DNA of 64,000 nucleotides, taken from Lytechinus pictus. Lineage: Eukaryota. This document shows, piece by piece, positions 52,719-64,000 of this stretch (position 1 is the first letter of the stretch; every line of letters starts with the position of its first letter). The translations under genes and the position numbers were made by a program. Below the pieces are notes generated by a model that saw only the letters and a list, made by a program, of their open reading frames with translations, was not told the DNA's origin and searched no databases. The stretch is from NCBI RefSeq assembly GCF_037042905.1, contig NC_087245.1:41108001-41172000 (forward strand), in the 5' to 3' direction.

Positions 52719-53219
52719 CAGTCAAACCTGTGTATAGTGGCCACCAAAGGGAAACAAATGTGGCCACTATAGACAGGTTGGCAGCCATCTTGAATATGCC
52801 ATGTATTGTAGATATTGTGCAATATACTGGACATACAGTATGTGTCTCTAAATGAGTTAATTATTTTAAATATAAAATTGCATACCTGGATCTATTCCAA
52901 TCCACCAAATACTTATGTAGATTGTATAATCATATTAAGAGTACGGTAAGATTCATGTTCAGATGCAGCTGCAAGCGTAAGGACCAGCAAATTCAATTAC
53001 TGTCAGAGTCAAAAGCTTCAGTGAAGCTGATTTCAGTGGCCACTATAGAGGATGGTATATTGACCGAGGGACGCAAAATGAGTGGCCGCTGGCCGCGTTA
53101 GACAGGTGGCCACTATTGACAGGGTCAACAACACATGATTTTCCTGCGGGGGAATTTGAAGTGGCCACTGTAAGCAGGTGGCCACTATAGACGGGTGGCC
53201 GCTAAGACAGGTTTGACTG
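52719..53219. mobile_element. Tc1/mariner-like MITE
   Basis: TA TSD; TIRs CAGTCAAACCTGT / ACAGGTTTGACTG; repeated subterminal GTGGCCACTATAGA motifs. Confidence 0.85.
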
Positions 53220-54839
53220 TATGTACTGTACACAGCTAGAGGCTTGTATGAGTCATTCAAATGTGATACATGCCATTATATATATCCATGAAGTTCTTGT
53301 CAGCGCAGTTATATAGTACTAGTCTGCATGAAACCCAAAGTAACATTGATAGTACTGGTATAAAGAACAAGATTATCCTATGTAATATACAAAAATCAAT
53401 TGCAATGTTAGTGTTTATTTGTGCATCAAACGGGAAGCTCACCCTTACAAAGAGTTTATTGTAAAAGTAACAGAAGAAATAGTCATAGATATTGGTGACA
53501 ATTTGAGGAAAATCCATTAAATATTGTAAAAGTTATTATATATTTTTTTTTTTGTTGGGGGGGGTGACGTCATATGCAAGCAGCTTCCTATGAATCGTAA
53601 ATTCTATAAAATCAATGAAATGTAATTTTCTCTGAAAAAATGAAAATGGGTTTTATTGTACCTTCAGTATATCAACAGACAAATCATTTCACACCCGATC
53701 CTGAAAGAAGAACATTTTTTAGTCATCATGAACCATTAAAAAATTGAAATTTATGCATTTTATATTATATGACATATGAGGCAGCTGCTCGTATACATAT
53801 GTACCCGGTAGGATGCGAAAGATATTGTATGTTTGATTTTGCCAGCGCCATAATGAGGCTGCGATGAATGCAAGGAATGCTCCCCAGCGAGTGGAAATTG
53901 TGCACTTTTCGTGCGGGATTGAAATGAATCCAATGACTGGGGTAATAATATGCTGTAACGCGCTTTGAGCCATTCTGGGAAAAGCGCTTTATAAAAATTG
54001 GCTATTATTATGTCATCACAAGTAAAAAAAAGAAAAAATTCAAATAACTTTCTCAATCTTTAATGAATTTTCCTCAAACCTTCACCAATATTTTTTTATT
54101 GTTTTTTATGCTATTTTTTTATAGATAAAATTGTTATTGTTTGTGTATTGTGGAATTCAAATGTTACACTGCATATTTCATTGCTTGTGCATGTACTTCT
54201 TGCCATGTTGGATCAATGGTGCTTTTAAATTTAAATTCAAAAGTACTCAAAAGGAGATGTATTTATCATTCAACACGGCTGATTTAAAATTCAAGTGTAT
54301 TTCTCACGTCGTATTTATTTTTGTGGTTTGTGCTCAGGCGCACGTATTGAATGATGTAGATTATGTACAATATAGATATAATTATATAAGATATATATTT
54401 CTATTTGTAGTTTATGGAGAAGGATCTTGCCACATTGTTAATCAGTGATGCTTTTGATTATGAAGGTGAATAATGTGAAAAGAGAATATTAAAGGTATTA
54501 ATTCTCTATAATCTGTATAAAATTTTATTTGATTTTTTTATCTTTTTGTTTATTTTCTTTTTAAAACATTTTTGGTTTGTAAGTCTTTTTGATGTGTTTT
54601 TCCGGAATTGGGTTGTCATTTAAATTGAGCTTATTCACTAGTTGGTGTGGTTATGGTAGTTATGGAAAAAAAAATATGTCTGATGTATTCATATTACTTC
54701 ATTACTTCATTTGTTGTGTTTACATTATATGTCTCAATTAAGTGGAGACAATAGCAGAGCAGGGATTAGAACTCACAACCTTATGATTATAAGTCCAATG
54801 CCCTGTAACCACTAGACCACACAACCTGTACTGTACCTG

Positions 54840-55008
54840 ACGGGCTGCGGAACGGGGGGGGGGGGGGCTGGGGGGCTTCAGCCCCCCACTTTTTTCCAAA
54901 ACCGTGTACAAAAACGTAAAAATGCCCATATGATTGTGATTTTTAACATGGTCAGCCCCCCACTTTTGGCTCAGCCCCCCCACTTTGAAAACCGTTCCGC
55001 GGCCCCTG
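54840..55008. mobile_element. Short GC-rich MITE
   Basis: GGGCTGCGGAACGG ... CCGTTCCGCGGCCC TIRs; internal CAGCCCCCC repeats. Confidence 0.6.
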
Positions 55009-55660
55009 CCTGAGTATTCAAAACAAAAAAGTTGACTATGATATAAGTTCATAATTTCATGAATCATGATGTATTCCAAGAGTGGTATCTGGAGACACCA
55101 AATTAAAGCCAATTGAAATAAAGTGATCGATGGATATGGATTGAAGGCTTGGGCAAGTTTCCTATCAAAGTTTGCTAATTTTTTACAATACAAAGGGAGT
55201 AGTTTGCTGCTTTATAAACATGTACGTTCATTTTGGTTGGAAAATGTGCCATGGTCCTAGACTGCAGGGCCTTGGTCATCTGGACTTTGATTATATTTCA
55301 TTTCCCCTGTCATGATTTGTTACGCAGACATCATTGAATTGACTCTAAGCATTTGGGGAAATTACAAGAAGTAATACATCTTGTAGAAAAAAAATTAATA
55401 GAGAGAAGTTTATTTATTTGAAAAAAAAACTGTTTTATTTACTACTTGGTGCAATATGTATTCATTGATATCATATATAATTTTATCTACCATTCATACA
55501 TTTACAGTCTTCAATTCACAAAAAATACTTAAGAATAAAAATGATTATTATTCTTGTTTACGGGAGCCAGCAAAAGCTGACTGAGATAGTATTGTTATGC
55601 TGCATACTTGTATGTATTATCAAGAGATGATTCTGTTTTGAGGCTGTGATAAAACATTAA

Positions 55661-56625
55661 TTTTTGTCTCACCTGCATAGCAGAGTGAGACTATAGGCGC
55701 CGCTTTTATGACGGCGGCGGCGACGGCGGCGGCGGCGTCAACACCAAATCTTAACCTGAGGTTAAGTTTTTGAAATGACAGCATAACTTAGAAAGTATAT
55801 GGACCTAGTTCATGAAACTTGGCCATAAGGTTAATCAAGTATTACTGAACATCCTGCCTGAGTTTCATGTCACATGACCAAGGTCAAAGGTCATTTAGGG
55901 TCAATGAACTTAGACCATGTTGGGGGAATCAACATCAAAATCTTAACCTAAGGTTAAGTTTTTGAAATGTCATCATAACTTAGAAAATATATGGACCTAG
56001 TTCATGAAACTTATACATAAGGTTAATCAAGTATCACTGAACATACTACATGAGTTTCACATCACATGACCAAGGTCAAAGGTCATTTAGGGTCAATGAA
56101 CTTTGGCCGAATTGGGGGTATCTGTTGAATTACCATCATAACTTTGAAAGTTTATGGATCTGATTCATGAAACTTGGACATAATAGTAATCAAGTATTAC
56201 TAAACATCCTGTGCAAGTTTCAGGTCACATGATCAAGGTCAAAGGTCATTTAGGGTCAATGAACTTTGGCCAAATTGGGGTATTTGTTGAATTACAGCCA
56301 TAAATTTGAAAGTGTGTTGGTCTAGTTCATAAAACTTGGACATAATAGTAATCAAGTATCACTGAACATCCTGTGCGAGTTTCAGGTCACATGATCAAGG
56401 TCAAAGGTCATGTAAGGTCAAAGAACTTTGGCCACGTTGGGGGTATTTGTTGAATTGCCATCATATCTCTATAAGTGTATTGGTCTAGTTCATAAAACGT
56501 GGAAATAAAGAGTAACCAAGTATCACTAAACATCTTGTGCGAGTTATAGTAGTTTTCAAAATCAGCACTGCTGCTATATTGAATCGCGTGATGCAGGTGA
56601 GACGGCCAGAGGCATTCCACTTGTT
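55661..56625. mobile_element. Helentron-associated (DINE-1/pearl/Tsp-like) non-autonomous element with internal 163/192-bp tandem repeats
   Basis: Leading T-run, subTIR GTCTCACCTGCAT (55666) / ATGCAGGTGAGAC (56591), 5' hairpin, (GGC)n, ~4.5 tandem units, short 3' hairpin GCCAGAGGC and a terminal TT. Confidence 0.8.
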
Positions 56626-57369
56626 ACCTTATGAATTACTTTCTAATAAAACTTCTAGTACTTGTGCAATATTTGAAGATTAACTCTAGTAAAAAAAAAA
56701 TTAAAAGACTTATTTAATTGATTTGATGATTTATTTAAGGATCAGGTACTTTCCAGCCTTTTTACAAAATGAAGACAGAGGCTTTTTATCCTAGGAAAAA
56801 TATCATTATATACAGTTGAATTGGTGAACAAAAACTTATTTAAAACAAGGATATATGCTGGTCATATTTTTATTCAGCTACAATTGTATAATGTCAATAT
56901 TTTTACCACTTTTTTGTTTGTTCGGCAGGTCTTTTTGTGACCACATTGATAGGCTGAATGTTCACCTTGGATTTAATAGTGTATTATATGTACTTGTATC
57001 CAGTCACCTTGCATGTTCGTAATAAAGCATAGAGTCTATTTGTCGTGTGGTTATTATCCAGTGGTTTTTTTTTTTCACTTTGCTGTGTAACGATAATGTC
57101 ATACGCTATATATATACCAAATAGGCTGAATTGAAATGTAGAGAAAGTTTAATACATGAAGGAACTAATATTTATTTTTATGAACTTATACTTATTACTT
57201 ATATTTATACTTATTGCTTATATATGTAGCATTAGTTTCATCTCATCTTTGCTTCTTATTATTATAATTACCATCGTTATTCTTAAGTTGTAATCTTTAA
57301 AGGGTTCTGCAGTCTTATTTTGAAGATGAAAGTTAATTTGTGTGCAAGTTATGAGGACTGAGGGGCATT

Positions 57370-58300
57370 ATCTAAATATTTTCGAACAGGAGATTCCAGA
57401 ATCTGCCAAGTGAAACTTGGTATAACTACTTGCTTTCAGATCATTGGGCATAGGCAAACTTTTGGACGGTATGTCTGAAGGCATGATTTTTCTAGTGACA
57501 GAGGTGCTCGAAAAGAAGAATTTGTCTTGGGGTATTTCAATGAGGTCATTCACCATCCTACACAAAATACTGAGTCTGCTTGTAATGTGTTTGAAGAGAG
57601 GCTAGGCCACATCAACTGTGTGGTCAATCATCCGGGGGGGGGGGGCAGTCAAATGTATTGCTGTACACACACGTGGCCAAATTATTTCCAAACACCCCCT
57701 AAACAAGTTTTTTCTCTGTGTGCAAAATAACCCCCTAAACAAGTTTTTTGCGGGCTTTATTTCCACATTTTGGCCCCTAAACAAGTTGTTGCAAGATCAT
57801 GACCCCGAGGAAAAAGCTTGGGGAAAAAAACATACCCTAAACACGTTTGGCTAGTCTTAAAAAAAAAAGCTTTTGAAAAAAAAACACTAAATACGTTTGA
57901 CCCTGTGATTGACCATTGACCAGCCTTTCAAAACTACCCCTTTTTTTGAAAATCAGTGTTTTTGATACCCTTAACGGGTGCACGCGCGGCCCGCGTCCAA
58001 AACAGAAAAAACACTCCTTTACACGCGTTTTTTGGTCATGCGTGTGTACAGCAATATATTTGACCCCTTCCCGGGTCGATCATGCTGGTTACAGTTTGTT
58101 CTTCGGTAATCAGCTGGGATGTAGAGAGCTGCTTGTCTTTGGATCCTTTCAAAACAAAGTTTTGATTACCTGCGATAAGATGAGGATCCCAACAGTATTC
58201 TAAGTGAGGGAGTATTAGGGAGTTGTATACTGCCTCTCTGAAAGGATGAGGCAAGAACCTTGTATTTAGGCCTGACAATTAGAACCTAGGTGTTGGATAA
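57370..58300 (-). mobile_element. Decayed LINE RT 3' fragment split by a MITE
   Basis: Remnants REAVYNSLILPHLEYCWDPH and RMVNDLIEIP on either side of the MITE. Confidence 0.55.
57632..58074. mobile_element. ~440-bp Mutator-like MITE (family of 33411-33828)
   Basis: CCGG termini; flanks GTCAATCAT / GTCGATCAT (8/9 TSD). Confidence 0.8.
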
Positions 58301-60564
58301 GCTTTCTTGCAGATCAAAGATATATGAGATTACCTTTTGAAATTGTTGGAAAGGAAACCTCTAAGAAATTTCTCACTCTTTCGGGGTTGAAGAACTTGTA
58401 TTGTAGATGTAATAACAGTAATATACTAAATACTTTTAATAAGGCAGAACCTAAAAACAAAGATTGCATTTGTTCTTTTGTCTTACTACCTAAATGTTTA
58501 GTGCATTTATGTTCAATATTGTTTGAATATTGTGTGTTTGTGCATTATATTCATAAATAATTATAGGTAGAATGAAAAAAAAAAGTTATTATTAAAATAT
58601 TGACTTGCATATTGAGATCTTGTCAACACAATCACAAAGCCTTAAATGCAATTTTATCTCTAGCAATATCACTGGAGTTGAAACCCAAATTTTGATATCG
58701 AAAGAGACAATGTGTAATTCGAGTTATCCAAATATAATCTAAACAAGGCATTCTTCACAAAAATTCTACGTTGAATCAAGCACTTGTGTGGGATATTGTT
58801 GATCAAATTTTTCCAAGTTATGTATCATTTTAGTGCTCAGGATCTGCTTCCTCAAACTTCATAAAAATCTCAAATTTCTTTTTGGCTTACAGATTTTGAG
58901 GCAGATGGTTACAATTACACAGATGAACTTGATTGTTTTTCTTGAATAACATGTCACATCTCATTTTATCAATATATATTTTTAGTAACTCAAGGGGATT
59001 TTCTTATAAATAATATTCAGTCGTGCATGGGAAACATTGATCAGATACAAAGGGATTTTTTTTTACCGAAAAAAAAATGTACAGTACAACTATTTTGGTT
59101 GATGTGCATTTTTTCAAAATCATGATTCAGAATTATTTTTATCTACCCCTCTATTTTTCACATATTCTTGAAAATGACATTTTGTTTTACAAATGAAGGT
59201 AAATTTATGGAAATATTCATGGATAATTTGAAATTATACTACAAGTGTCATGTAGAAGCCATAATGTAATACCCTTTGACTAGCTTGCAGTCATCCTTTC
59301 CGTCTTTGATTTAAATGTAATTATGATGTTATTTTGTTCCCTGTGCACAATGTCAGTAAAAATATGTATTCATTGAGATTTCTGTTCCTCATTGTGATTA
59401 TTGTATGTTTCAAAATGGAGTAGTAGATCCGTGCGGTGGAAAGAGAAAAAGCGAAAGGAATAAATTGAATGAAGAGGTCATTTTGTTGGTTAAAATTATA
59501 TCTTAGTCTACAATCTCTTCATCCATTTACCATTAATTTGTTCTCTTCCCAATTGGCCCAACTCTAATCCCATGGTTTATCAATGACCAGTTCGTCTATT
59601 TGCCATACAGCAAATTTACTAATATGTTTAATTTCTAGTTATTGGATATTCCCAGTTTGTCTAATATCCACTTACTTTAGTAGTTTAAGTCCACTTTGCC
59701 TATGTTTTCTATATCACCTTTATTCAATATGAAAACTAAGGGAAGTACGATGAAATAAGTCCAAAATGTCTGAATGTCATTTAGACCACTAACATACAGA
59801 TGAGGTGGGGCATGGACCCACAAAAAGTTTCACAACGAGAAAAATATTGGAAAAGAGAGAAGGAAAAAAAAAAGGGTGACATGATATTTATTTTCTGAAC
59901 ATTAATTATGTCAAAAATTAGACCAACTCTTGTAGACCAAGTAGTAATGAAATTTGTGGAAGGAAATGTGATTGATGAGAAGCCAGCAAGGAGTGAGATG
60001 AAAGGTTAGAACAGGAAATTGATATTACCAAAAATATGATAGGCCCAGTGAGGCATGAATGTTGTGTGCAATTATTTGAAAATTGACAATGAAAAGAGAG
60101 CTCCAGACATAATTTAAAGGGCAAAAAGAAGCTGCTGAAAACTGCTTATCTAATAAAAGAGAGCCAATGGAGTAAATTAGAAAGTCAAAAAGGGGCCTAT
60201 AAGCTTTCGATCCTAGCAGAATCTTCGTCGGAGGCAAAATGACAAACATATAACGTGGAACAACCATAATAAAGACCACAAACAAGCTACAGCAAGGGAA
60301 AAGGAATGATGTGAGGGAGAAAGAGATATAAGGTTGCACCCCCTGCCCCCACAAAAAAAAATAGATAGAAAACTGAGACCCTTTTCTGCCATTGCAAAAA
60401 AAGAGTGCTAAAATTTGATACTTGATTTATAGGAAGGAAGCCAGTCCGGATTAATTAGTTAACATTTTTAAAAAGAAGGCACATAGGAGCAGTATTTTTT
60501 TTTTCAATATAAATTATACAATTTTTAACATAAAAGAGTATGTATATATCACGATTCCCAGCCC

Positions 60565-61149
60565 GGTAAATTGCCAATTCGTCCACTGCCAACTTGTCCA
60601 CTCACCACATGGTCTATATTCATTTAGCCTAACGCCATTCCGTCCATCAACATTTTGTCTAACAACCAGTTGGTCTAACACTCATTTTCTTTCCATTCAT
60701 TTTGCACAATTAACACTTTAGTTTAATTAGACCACATGGTATATGGACTAATTGGCTATTGGACCAACTGGTTATTAGAGTGGACGATCTGATACCTATG
60801 GGTACCTATGGATGCTTATGACCGCAGTCTAAGACTCTATATTCAGCTCCAAATTCTGTCTCCATCTTTAGGTTGGCTGGATCATGTTCTGGTGGGTCAG
60901 CATCAAACTTGTACTTCACAGGTTCACATCTCCAATACTTATCCAGTTCATTCTCGGAGCTGTGGACACTGGGTGCATTTACTAATTCATTACTTAGGCT
61001 ATTCCAAGGTTTCCTCATTCTTATGTAAAAAGAATTCTTACGTTTCTCAGTTACTGACCTCAGAATGTACAATTTTTTATCATGACCTCTGGTAGGCCAA
61101 ATGATGAGTTGGCAGTTGGACAAATTGGTAGACGAATTGGAAATAAACC
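60565..61149. mobile_element. GG...CC-terminated MITE with 8-bp TSD (Merlin-like)
   Basis: GGTAAATTGCCAATTCGTC / GACGAATTGGAAATAAACC; flanks CCCAGCCC / TCCAGCCC. Confidence 0.65.
60790..61095 (-). mobile_element. CR1-type LINE 3' fragment
   Basis: TRGHDKKL...RKNSFYIR..KPWNSLSNELVNAPSV...LDKYW, followed by a short repeated tail (CCATAGGTA x2). Confidence 0.75.
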
Positions 61150-61994
61150 TCCAGCCCGATCAGGGAAAATTATTTAACTTTTTTCCAATCAGGGAAAAAT
61201 CAGGGAATTTGATTTTTTTTTAATTCTTAAAATCAGGGGAAATGCCTCAAATGAGAGAAAATCAGGGAATTTTGATCAGCCCAAAAGTCGAAAGCTTGGC
61301 AGTCAGTCAGACTCTGTTATATTTTGTTGCTTATCAAAACAACATAATTGAATGACTGTTATGGTGGTACTAATTAGTTTTACATTATTGTTTTTAGACT
61401 GAAAATAAATGTAATTCACTGCAACAACTTAGAAAACATACGAAACTGCCAGGATGGGTTTAAATAATTATCAGGGTCTGAAATTTTTAGACTTCATCAG
61501 GGAATTTAGTTTTCTTGAAAAGCTGGGAACCCTGATATATATAACAGCTTTATAGGCTATATAAACTGGAATAAAAACAGTAAATTACAATTAAAAAAAA
61601 TAGTTTATTGGGAAGTGATAATGGAGAAAGGTTCAGTATTTTTATTTTTTTATCACTTGAAAGTTCCATAATTGCAAAAAAAAACAAAAAAACTTTTGAT
61701 CCTTATTTTATTTTTCTGATTCACACTAGGCATCCTAGGGCTAATCTTATTCTTTACTCGGTCTAACCACAATGAAGTCATGTGGGTCTATAGCCTGTTT
61801 GCTTTAGCAAGTGGAAATGAAATAGGAGTCAAACTCCTTTATTAGGAATTGGTCAACCCCAACAAAACGTTTAAGTGATGAATAAAAAGAGAAAAAGAGG
61901 ACTACATGTATAATAATAGAACAATTTTTTCAAAATTGGATGTGTAGGTTCAAATTTACTAATATTTCACAAAACAATATGCACAACAGTGATA

Positions 61995-62160
61995 AATTAT
62001 GACGTAATGAGAAAGAGGAGGTCTTTGGCGGTCTTTGGACCCTCCCCAAAATGCCACGCCCACCATCGGATCACGTACCGGTATACGGTATATATCCGGC
62101 GCCGATCAAATAACCGGTATTGATATCAGCTGCAGTAAATTTCCAGAAACGGATGACAAC
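61995..62160 (+). promoter_or_regulatory. Probable promoter of the FAM8A1-like gene
   Basis: CpG-enriched; CRE-like TGACGTAA at 62000-62007; Sp/KLF-like GCCACGCCC at 62053-62061. Confidence 0.45.
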
Positions 62161-62274
62161 ATTCTTTGACTTTCGTCAAAAAATTAACAAAACATACGAA
62201 ATTTCTTGTATTTTCAGCAGCTTGAATCATTGAACAGTCAGCTGTGGTCTGGCGGAATCCATTATTTTAAGAAA

Positions 62275-62773
62275 ATGGCAGAAGAAATACCGACTGCAAG
62301 CGTTCGTAAGAGAAATTCGTCTGCAGCTGCAACGGAAAATCCCATTTCGTCAGGCTCAGCCTCGTCTTCTTCTCAATCTCAACAAGAACAAGATCAGATT
62401 CCCGGAGAAAATCATGAGTTTTTACAACATCACCGGTGTAGCTCGATGGCAGAGTACTATGAAAGACTCAGGAGGTGGATTTTTATGTACAGATCGCATA
62501 TGTATATGCAACAACATATGATGTTAATGATGCCATACATGACATTTGCTTCATTTCTCCAACAACAGTCAGCGGGAACGGGAACGACAGCCAGCCAGAC
62601 CTCTGGCGGAGTGACGCGCGAGCAACCGCTTAACAATGCTAGACAGCAACAACAGTTGGGAGGTCAAATTCATGGACAAAATCAACAGATACAAAATGAT
62701 ATACGAGCAGCCCACGGTGTCCAAAATCAGCAGAATGTAACCCAGGCTGGAAACAATATTCCTCAGATTGCAG
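62275..62773 (+). CDS. FAM8A1: First coding exon of a probable FAM8A1-like protein; gene continues beyond the window
   Basis: AAAATGG start, 166 open codons, donor GCAG/GTAGC. SMAEYYERLRRWIFMY resembles the FAM8A1 'EY..V..WLW.Y' helix and is followed by a Q-rich linker. The RDD domain is not in the window, so identity is tentative. Confidence 0.55.
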
Positions 62774-64000
62774 GTAGCTATATAGATCTAGATGATTGAT
62801 CTAACGTTGTTAATCACTTAATGTTAGATCTATTTTTTCCTAGGCTAGGGCCTAATTAAATTTAAAAACAATTAAAAAACTAAACATAATTTCTAACTCA
62901 TGTCTATAGATCTACTATCGGTACCTAGTTTATTAGCATTAACACACACATCCCTGACAGACATTGCCCAAAACTTACCTCAAAATTTTATAAATAGTGA
63001 AAAATAAGGCTTAAATACAGTACAATAGTCAATACGCCAGACGGAGGCCTGTACTTATAGAGAAGAAGAAGAAGAAGAATACTCCATAAAATGTGCTGAA
63101 AAATGCATGTAGGATATTGGTCCATCCCTATATGCTATACTGCATAGGCTAGTGGCTAAAATATGCATTTCAAAGTCTGTATACTGACCTAGACTGTGTG
63201 AGCCTCTGAGACTGAGAGGTGCCATGGAAACGTGTCACATCATTAGTAGTGCCATTAAAGTCTTAATAAGAGTGACTTTAATTTAAGAACGATTGGTGGT
63301 CCTTTCTTACATGCTAAATAATAATCAGATAATCGTAAATGTCATTTACATCTACCGCAAGAAAGGATCACCAACTGTTCTTAAAGTCACTCTTAACTTA
63401 TGAACAGCTTTGTGAAACGGCCCCCAGATCCTCTGGGCCCCAGGTCCACAATTTTTTTTTTTTTACTGCATCTCAATTTTCATTCTCAGACATCAAGAAA
63501 ATCAAGATCTTGATATTTATTGAACATAATTTGAATTGTATTCTAGATAAGATTCTGAGTTAGATCTTAGTTTAAATTTATGAAGATGTAGGTTTAGACT
63601 TTCGATCTTCATAAATCTAATCCCTGGCCCTGCATCCAATTCTTAAATTTTATTTAAAAAAAGGAGTAGTCTTCTACTATTAAAATAAACCCAGCTGTGG
63701 ATCTAGACCTATTCCTCAAATTTACAAAAAAAGTGGGTAGGGTTGAGAATATCAAAAGAGATATTTGATCTGATCTGAATTTTAAAGATAATTCATTTTA
63801 TTCTTGAAAATTGAATTCATTTTCAGATAAAACAAACACATTCAAGAGGGCTATTGACAGAACCTTCTAAGTAATCATCCCTGCATCTGGACCCTCACCT
63901 GGTGCATGGCCCCCGAAGGGCCGTGCATCGTATACATGTATATGTGTGTGAACTGTGAAAGATATGATTCTAAAATAAAGTTCTGATATTTTAGGAGTCT

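Larger units (their letters stand above)
60550..61534. mobile_element. hAT-like MITE hosting two nested insertions
   Basis: CACGATTCCCAGC / GCTGGGAACCCTG TIRs; flanks GTATATAT / ATATATAT; internal ATCAGGGAA repeats. Confidence 0.65.

Noticed and set aside
55740..56560. Regularly spaced repeats superficially like a CRISPR array
   Set aside because: Whole 163-192-bp units repeat with no unique spacers; eukaryotic context and no cas genes.

Overview
AT-rich, intron-rich eukaryotic (metazoan) DNA; the repeat landscape suggests an echinoderm such as a sea urchin (inference). I reconstructed three genes by hand from splice sites. (1) A complete 11-coding-exon TTC39C orthologue on the minus strand (35014->15062, about 603 aa). 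(2) A 7-coding-exon four-transmembrane CD20/MS4A/FAM189-like gene with a PPxY-bearing tail on the plus strand (42631->50567, about 399 aa). (3) The first coding exon of a probable FAM8A1-like gene (62275-62773). Between the two head-to-head genes lies a near full-length CR1-clade LINE. Its ORF1 carries a PHD-like finger. Its endonuclease/RT ORF2 has no AUG and overlaps ORF1 in the -1 frame across an A_AAA_AAG heptamer, with one 1-nt frameshift near the 3' end. The window opens with a 4.5-kb 24-bp satellite with higher-order structure. The rest is densely populated with tRNA-SINEs, LINE fragments, a Helentron/DINE-like element and many non-autonomous DNA transposons, several of them nested. All family assignments come from motif recognition, not database searches.
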